Shown here: piece by piece, positions 27,398 to 33,202 of the stretch
How the letters are laid out: each line of letters starts with the position of its first letter
Position numbering within the stretch: position 1 is the first letter of the stretch
From: an uncultured delta proteobacterium
Lineage (GTDB): Bacteria > Myxococcota > Myxococcia > SLRQ01
Length of the DNA stretch: 33,202 bases
Reading direction: 5' to 3'
Assembly: GCA_963727485.1 (NCBI GenBank)
Contig: CAVSGM010000007.1
Coordinates: 1 to 33,202 of the forward strand
Program-made: the position numbers and the translations under genes
Notes under the pieces: generated by a model
What the model saw: only the letters and a program-made list of their open reading frames with translations
Databases searched by the model: none
Told to the model about the DNA's origin: nothing

Positions 27398-30125
27398 CCC
27401 GAGGCGACACGGCGTCCGCCTCGCCGCCCTGGTCGCCGGCGCGGCGCTCCTCGCCGCCGGGTGTGGCAAGGGGCCGACGGGCGGCGTGGAAGGCGACGTG
27501 GTCCTCGCGGGCCTCACCGGCAGCGGGAACGTCGGGGTGAGCCTCGTGGGCGTCGCCACCGCCAGCGGGACCACCGACGCGAAGGGGCACTTCCAGTTCA
27601 CCGGCCTGCCCGCCGGCGCCTACCTCCTCGAGCTCCAGGCCGTGTCCACCCGCGAGGGGGCGCTCACCAGCGCGGTCACCGTCCCCGACGGGGGCGTCGC
27701 CCAGGCCGGGCGTTTCACCTTCCACCCGGTGGGCGGGGTCTCGGGCACGGTCACCGCCGCCGACGGCGCGCCGGCCTCGGGCGGGACCGTGGTCGCCGTG
27801 GTGGGCACCGGGGCCGTGGCCCACCCGGACGCCGCGGGGCACTTCGCCCTCGACGGCGTGCCCATCGGCGCCCAGACCGTGGTCGCCACCGCCCCCGACG
27901 GCACCCGGGCCCAGGCCGATGGCGTCACCGTGACCCGGGGAGACACCGCCAAGGTCCCGTCCCTGGTCCTGCAGCCGGCCAGCGGCGCGGACCTCACCGG
28001 ACAGGTGGTGCTCCCGGGGGTCACCGACGCCTCGGGCATCGCCGTGACCCTCACCGGACCCGCCTCCGGCGCCACCACCACCGCGGCGGACGGCGGCTAC
28101 GCGTTCAGCGGTCTTCCGGCCGGCACCTACGCGGTCACCGCGGCGTCCGCAGCCAGCCGGGAGGGGCAGGCCACCGTCACCGTGACCGTCGGCGCCGACC
28201 CGGCCCAGGCGCCGGACCTCACCCTCACCCCCGTGGGCACCGTCGCCGGCAAGGTGACCCTGGGCGCCGCCACCGGCAACGCCGGCATCACCGTGGTGGT
28301 GCGTGGCGCGGAGGGTGGCGCCGTGGGCTACACCGACGACGCCGGCAACTACGCCGTCTCCGGCGCGCCCCTGGGCGCGGTCACCGTGGAGGCGACGCGG
28401 CCGGGTTTTCAGGTGGGCACCGCGGACACCGGCCCCGTGACCTGGGGGGACACGGTCACCGCGCCGGACCTCGCCCTCGCCCCGGCGCCCGCCGGCTCCG
28501 GCAGCCTCGGCACCTTCTCGGGCACCGTCCAGCTCCTCGGCCAGGCGGACAGCTCGGGGATCAAGGTCTCCCTCGGCAGCGCCGGCCTCCCGGCCACCAC
28601 CGCCGCCGGTGACGGGACCTTCGCCCTCGCCGGCGTGCCCACCGGCGACTACGCCGCGACCTTCGTCGCCGGCGCCTTCACCGAGCGCCTCCCCCAGGTG
28701 CTGGTCTTCCCCGGGCATGCCCCCGAGCTCCTCACCGGCGGGCAGCTCTACCCGTTGCCGCCGCTGGCGCTCCAGCACGGCTGGCAGCGCTCCGTGGTCT
28801 CCGGTCTTCAGGACGTCCAGGTCTCCCCGGACGGGAAGACCGTGCTCCTCTTCCAGGCGCCGTCGCCCACGGTCACCACCGGCGCGCTCCTCGAGGTGCC
28901 GGTGGATGGCGGCCCGACGGTGAAGCTCTCCGACGCAGCCTGGCACCAGGGCTACCGCTTCTCCCCCGACGGGCAGACGATCTACTGGTTCGACGAGGTC
29001 TGGGTCGGCACCGCGCCCAGCCCCTCCAGGGGCACCCTGCACCTGGCCCCGGTGGGCGGAGGCGCGGCGAGCACCGTCGCCTCGAAGGTACCCGTGGGCT
29101 GCGAGCGCTTCTCCCCCGACGGGTCCCAGGTGGCCTTCTTCGGCAACACCACCATCGACGGCACCGGGGACCTGATGGTGATGCCCGCCGGGGGCGGCAC
29201 CGCCACGGTCCTCGCCACCCAGGCCACGGGCCCGGGCCCGGTGTTCAGCGCCGACGGGGGGCAGATCGTCTACGTGCACCACGACAGCTCGGCCAGCCCG
29301 CCACTTGTCCTGGAGCGGATTCCCACCGCCGGGGGCACGTCCACACAGCTCGCGGACGGGGCCACCGGATCCGTCCTCTTCGCCTCGCCGGACCGGGCCA
29401 CCGTCTACTTCGTGAACCTCCAGGCCGAGCTCGACGCCGTCCCGCTCGGCGGCGGGACGCCTCGGGTCGTCGTCACCGGCCTGGACTGGACGGCGTCCTA
29501 CCCGGTCACGGCGGACGGCAGCCGGATGGTGGCCTTCGTCGACCAGGGGAACGGCTACGTCCTGGCGTCCGTGGACCTCGCCGCCGGTACCACCACGGTC
29601 CTCGATCCGGACGCCACCGGCAGGCTGCTGCAGCTCTCCCCCGACGGCCTGCACGTCGTCTACCAGAAGGTCGGCGCCACCGGCGAGGTCCTCGCCGAGG
29701 TGCCGATCGACGGGGGCTCGCCCGGCACCATCGGGCCCTCGGCCGTGGCCGCAGGCGTCCGGGCGACCTTCACCCCCGACGGCAAGCGCGTCATCGCCGA
29801 GGTCGGGGGCGGGAGCACGGGCACCTGGCGCCTGGTCTCGATGGCGCTCGACACCGCCACCTCCACGACCCTGGCCCCGGACCTGTCGAGCCCGGTGACC
29901 CCGGTGCTGTCGGCCGACGGCACCCGGGTCTTCTTCCTGGGCCCGGGCCACCAGGCGTCGACGTCGACCCTGGAGGCGATCCCCCTCGCCGGCGGGACGC
30001 CCCAGCCCCTGATCACCTCGGCCACCGGCCTCTGGGCCGCCGGCGGCCAGGTCTTCGCCACCCGTGACGAGCCCAACCCGGCGCTGGCCTTCCGGACGGG
30101 CCTCTACCTCGTGGGCCAGGAGTAG
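27378..30125 (+). CDS. lipoprotein, beta-sandwich repeats plus TolB-like propeller (paralog 2)
   Basis: AGGAGGG RBS before ATG 27378; lipobox LAAGC; same repeat architecture with FSPDG blades. Confidence 0.88.
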   Translation: MRSRFPSPRRHGVRLAALVAGAALLAAGCGKGPTGGVEGDVVLAGLTGSGNVGVSLVGVATASGTTDAKGHFQFTGLPAGAYLLELQAVSTREGALTSAVTVPDGGVAQAGRFTFHPVGGVSGTVTAADGAPASGGTVVAVVGTGAVAHPDAAGHFALDGVPIGAQTVVATAPDGTRAQADGVTVTRGDTAKVPSLVLQPASGADLTGQVVLPGVTDASGIAVTLTGPASGATTTAADGGYAFSGLPAGTYAVTAASAASREGQATVTVTVGADPAQAPDLTLTPVGTVAGKVTLGAATGNAGITVVVRGAEGGAVGYTDDAGNYAVSGAPLGAVTVEATRPGFQVGTADTGPVTWGDTVTAPDLALAPAPAGSGSLGTFSGTVQLLGQADSSGIKVSLGSAGLPATTAAGDGTFALAGVPTGDYAATFVAGAFTERLPQVLVFPGHAPELLTGGQLYPLPPLALQHGWQRSVVSGLQDVQVSPDGKTVLLFQAPSPTVTTGALLEVPVDGGPTVKLSDAAWHQGYRFSPDGQTIYWFDEVWVGTAPSPSRGTLHLAPVGGGAASTVASKVPVGCERFSPDGSQVAFFGNTTIDGTGDLMVMPAGGGTATVLATQATGPGPVFSADGGQIVYVHHDSSASPPLVLERIPTAGGTSTQLADGATGSVLFASPDRATVYFVNLQAELDAVPLGGGTPRVVVTGLDWTASYPVTADGSRMVAFVDQGNGYVLASVDLAAGTTTVLDPDATGRLLQLSPDGLHVVYQKVGATGEVLAEVPIDGGSPGTIGPSAVAAGVRATFTPDGKRVIAEVGGGSTGTWRLVSMALDTATSTTLAPDLSSPVTPVLSADGTRVFFLGPGHQASTSTLEAIPLAGGTPQPLITSATGLWAAGGQVFATRDEPNPALAFRTGLYLVGQE

Positions 30126-30128
30126 GCG

Positions 30129-33100
30129 ATGCGCGCGATCCTCCGACCCCTCGCCCTCGCGAGCCTCCTCGCCACCGTGGCCGGCTGCGGCCCGGGGACC
30201 GCCACCGTCTCCGGCGTCGTCGTCCTCACCGGGGCACCCGACGCCAGCGGCGTGCAGGTGGTGCTCTCGGGCCCGACCCCGGCCACCACCACCACCGACG
30301 CCGGGGGCAGGTTTCACTTCGACGGGGTGAAGGCCGGGCGCTACCTGGTCACCGCCTCGGCCCCCTCGACCGTGGAAGGGACGCAGCAGGCGACGCGGAC
30401 CGTCTCCGGTGCGGGCGCGCCGAAGGCTCCGCTCGCCACCGGTCCCGCCCCCCTCACGTTCCGGTTCACCGCCGCCGGGGGGCTCTCGGGCACGGTCACG
30501 GGCCCTGGGGGCGACCCGGCGCCGGCGGGTACGGTGGTCGCCGTCGCCGGCACCGGGCGCGCCACCGCCACCGCTGCCGACGGCAGCTTCAGCCTCTCGC
30601 GGATCCCGGTGGGGAAGGTGACCCTGGTGGCAAGCAGGCCCGGGCTCGGCAGCGCCAGCGCCGCCGACGTGGCCGTCGCCTACCACCGGGTCTCAGCGGT
30701 CCCCGCCCTGGTGCTGCAGCCGGCCGCTGGGACCGGCGCCATCGCCGGGCGGGTGCGGCTCCCGGGTGCCGCCGACGCCAGCGGGATCGCGGTCACCCTC
30801 GCCGGTCCCCAGGCCGCGGCGACCACCACGACCGCCGACGGGCACTACGCCTTCTCCGCGCTCGTCGACGGAAGCTACACGGTCACCGCCGGGGCGCCCC
30901 ACACCCTCGAGGGACAGGTCACCGCCACCGTGGCGGTGGCGGGCGGCGCCGCCGTCGTGGCGCCGGAGCTCATTCTCACCCCCGTGGGCAAGGTCGACGG
31001 CACCGCCACCCTCGACGGCGCCACCACCGGCGACGCCGGGATCGCCGTGGTGCTCCAGGGAGCCGGGCGCCGGGTGGTCGCCTTCACCGACGACGCGGGT
31101 CACTACCAGGCGCCCACGGCGCCGGTGGGCGCGGTGACGGTGACGGCGGTCCGCATCGGCTACCAGGCGGCCACCGGGACCGTGGCGGCGGTAGCCTACG
31201 CCGGCACCACGACCGCGCCCGAGCTCGACCTCGTCCCTGGCGGCGTCGGCACCGCCGACCCGGCAACCGTGTCGGGGCGCGCCACCGTGGTCGGCCACGC
31301 CGACAGCTCGGGGATGACGGTGGTGCTCTCCAACGACCTGGGGTCCCTGCCGGCGGTGACGACCGCCGCAGACGGAAGCTTCGCCGTGGACGGGGTGCCC
31401 CCGGGGAGCTACACCGCGCGCTTCGGTCGCGGCGCCTACCACCAGGTCATCCCCCGGCTCCTGGCGCTCCCCGGGACCACCGGCCTGGTCCTGGAGCCGG
31501 GCGGCGTCGATCCCCTCGATCCCCTGGAGGCCTGCCGCGGGCGACGGGTGGCCGTGGTGCACGACAGCGCGGGGATCGGCCATGAGGCCGTGGCGGCTGG
31601 CCACCTCTGGTACGCCGAGAGGCGAGATCCCAACACCGGCCTCATCAACCTCCACGTGCTGTCCGTGGACGGGACCCCGCCGCTCGATCTGCAGAACCTG
31701 GCGGATCCCCGGGACGAGACCTTCACGCCCGACGGCCAGACCTTCCTCTACCTGGACGCGGAGGCCTACGGGGTGGGGACCGAGGTCCTCGACCTCCGGG
31801 CCGTGCCCACCGCGGGCGGCGCGCCGGTGACCCTGGGGACCCAGGTCGACCCGACCTCGATCGGGTTCGACCCCGACGGTGTCCACGTCGCCTTCGCCAG
31901 TGGCCAGGGGAAGACCACCCCCACCTGGTCCCTCGAGCTCGCGTCCCTCGCCGGGGGCCCGCCCCAGGTCCTGGCGACGGGGCTCTACAAGGGCGGTGCC
32001 CGCTTCACCGCCGACGGGAAGTGGCTCTTCTTCCTCCAGCGCTCGGGCCCCACGCCGGGAAGCGGCACGACCCTGGAGCGCGTGGCGGCCACCGGGGGCC
32101 CGGTCACCACCCTCGCCAGCCAGATCCGAGGCTTCGACGCGAGCTCGCCCGACGGCCGCTCGGTGCTCTTCACCGCGGTCGACCCCAGCAACTACAGCAG
32201 CGGCCCCCTCTCGATCCTCGACATCGAGACCGGGACCACGACCGCGCTGGCACCGGCGGCCGGCAACTGGTCGTTCGGCTTCAGCCTCGACGGCAGCCAC
32301 GTGGTCTTCCTCGATGGCCAGGGTGATCTCGACTCGGTGCCCGTGACGGGCGGGACGCCGGTGACCCTGGTCCCGGCGTCGCAGGGAAAGGTGGAGAACT
32401 GGCTGGAGCCCCCGGACGGATCCCGGGTCGTGGCCCAGGTCTGGCCCACGGGTTCGCGTACGCGCGTCCTGGTGACCTCGCCCATGGGCGGGGGATCCAT
32501 GACCACCGTCGCCACGGGCGTCGACGCCAACGGGATCTCGCGCAGCCCCGACGGGCGGTCCTTCGTCTTCTTCTCCGCCCCCGACTACACCACGGGGAAC
32601 GCCACCCTGAACCTCGGCGACCTCACCACCGGCGTCACCCGGGCGGTGATGACGGGCATCGCCCTCGGGCGCTTCCAGTTCACCCCCGACGGGAGCCACG
32701 TCCTCTTCGTGGACGGCCAGGGTCACCTCCAGGCCGTCGCCTGCGCGGCGGGCGCCGCGGTGGATTTGGGGCCCGTGGGCGCCAACCACCTGCTGCTGCC
32801 CTCCCCGGACGGGACGTCCGTGGCGGTCCACACCCGCGCCCAGCCCCAGGACCCCACCGGGACCCTCGAGCTCCGGAGCCTCGCCGGCGGCACGCCGCGG
32901 GTGCTCTCCGATGCCGCGTCGCTGGCGCCCCTGGGCTTCTCCGCGGACGGGAGCGAGTTGGTCTACGAGGCGGTGGCCCCCGATGGCCCCGGCGGGCCCC
33001 GGCCCCTCCTGGAGATGGCGCCCGTCGCCGGCGGCGACCCGGTCCCGATCGTCGCCAACCCCTCCAACGCCTGGTTCTTCGGAGACCGGATGCTGGTGGA

Positions 33101-33155
33101 GGCCGACGGCGTCGCCCCCTTCGAGCGCGGCTTCTACGTGGCCCCGCTGAAGTAG
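30129..33155 (+). CDS. lipoprotein, beta-sandwich repeats plus TolB-like propeller (paralog 3)
   Basis: AGGAG RBS; lipobox VAGC; same architecture with FTPDG/SPDG blades. Confidence 0.9.
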   Translation: MRAILRPLALASLLATVAGCGPGTATVSGVVVLTGAPDASGVQVVLSGPTPATTTTDAGGRFHFDGVKAGRYLVTASAPSTVEGTQQATRTVSGAGAPKAPLATGPAPLTFRFTAAGGLSGTVTGPGGDPAPAGTVVAVAGTGRATATAADGSFSLSRIPVGKVTLVASRPGLGSASAADVAVAYHRVSAVPALVLQPAAGTGAIAGRVRLPGAADASGIAVTLAGPQAAATTTTADGHYAFSALVDGSYTVTAGAPHTLEGQVTATVAVAGGAAVVAPELILTPVGKVDGTATLDGATTGDAGIAVVLQGAGRRVVAFTDDAGHYQAPTAPVGAVTVTAVRIGYQAATGTVAAVAYAGTTTAPELDLVPGGVGTADPATVSGRATVVGHADSSGMTVVLSNDLGSLPAVTTAADGSFAVDGVPPGSYTARFGRGAYHQVIPRLLALPGTTGLVLEPGGVDPLDPLEACRGRRVAVVHDSAGIGHEAVAAGHLWYAERRDPNTGLINLHVLSVDGTPPLDLQNLADPRDETFTPDGQTFLYLDAEAYGVGTEVLDLRAVPTAGGAPVTLGTQVDPTSIGFDPDGVHVAFASGQGKTTPTWSLELASLAGGPPQVLATGLYKGGARFTADGKWLFFLQRSGPTPGSGTTLERVAATGGPVTTLASQIRGFDASSPDGRSVLFTAVDPSNYSSGPLSILDIETGTTTALAPAAGNWSFGFSLDGSHVVFLDGQGDLDSVPVTGGTPVTLVPASQGKVENWLEPPDGSRVVAQVWPTGSRTRVLVTSPMGGGSMTTVATGVDANGISRSPDGRSFVFFSAPDYTTGNATLNLGDLTTGVTRAVMTGIALGRFQFTPDGSHVLFVDGQGHLQAVACAAGAAVDLGPVGANHLLLPSPDGTSVAVHTRAQPQDPTGTLELRSLAGGTPRVLSDAASLAPLGFSADGSELVYEAVAPDGPGGPRPLLEMAPVAGGDPVPIVANPSNAWFFGDRMLVEADGVAPFERGFYVAPLK

Positions 33156-33159
33156 CCCC

Positions 33160-33189
33160 GGCCCCTCGCCCCGGGCCGACGCGAGGGCC
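33160..33189 (+). terminator. GC-rich inverted repeat after the lipoprotein cluster
   Basis: GGCCCCTCGC...GCGAGGGCC immediately after the stop codon; no U tract. Confidence 0.35.
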
Positions 33190-33202
33190 CCGTTCCGCCG
33201 TC

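Noticed and set aside
14310..32831. Very long antisense or alternate-frame ORFs (14310-17591, 20078-23965, 24593-27601, 27282-30686, 30693-32831)
   Set aside because: Shadow ORFs expected in high-GC DNA opposite real genes; Arg/Gly/Pro-rich with no motifs.
24659..33155. Diversity-generating retroelement or CRISPR-like repeats in the lipoprotein genes
   Set aside because: Repeats are degenerate protein-domain duplications; there is no reverse transcriptase, no adenine-specific template/variable pair and no regular repeat-spacer period.

Overview
Very GC-rich bacterial window (gene content suggests Myxococcota/Deltaproteobacteria; inference only). Left to right: (1) a common AraC-DoxX-small gene cluster. 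(2) A five-gene minus-strand operon (8447->2107), hidden in the ORF track by eight frameshifts: a 72-aa peptide with a DNRANQLNP..YYRSRG motif followed by a strong stem-loop, a GT4 glycosyltransferase fused to a twitch-type radical SAM domain, a WG-repeat protein fused to an O-methyltransferase, a histidine phosphatase fused to a CCA/poly(A)-polymerase-type nucleotidyltransferase, and a DxD GT-A glycosyltransferase. This is the best candidate for an undescribed system (peptide- or nucleotide-sugar-modifying, possibly defensive). (3) A more AT-rich nuclease island: an HNH gene, two PD-(D/E)XK genes and a tandem AAA+ ATPase. (4) A YhaO/YhaN (SbcD/SbcC-like) pair preceded by a TGTCAC-N10-TAnnnT promoter motif. 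(5) A hypothetical gene with a GGMGSWND motif. (6) An operon of a serine-less ACP-like protein, an exported beta-rich protein, a phosphoesterase and a GT-C-like membrane protein, then a DUF3592-like gene. (7) Three tandem paralogous surface lipoproteins (beta-sandwich stalk plus TolB-like propeller). No rRNA, tRNA, CRISPR array, transposase or integrase was seen. All family calls come from reading motifs by eye, not from database searches.
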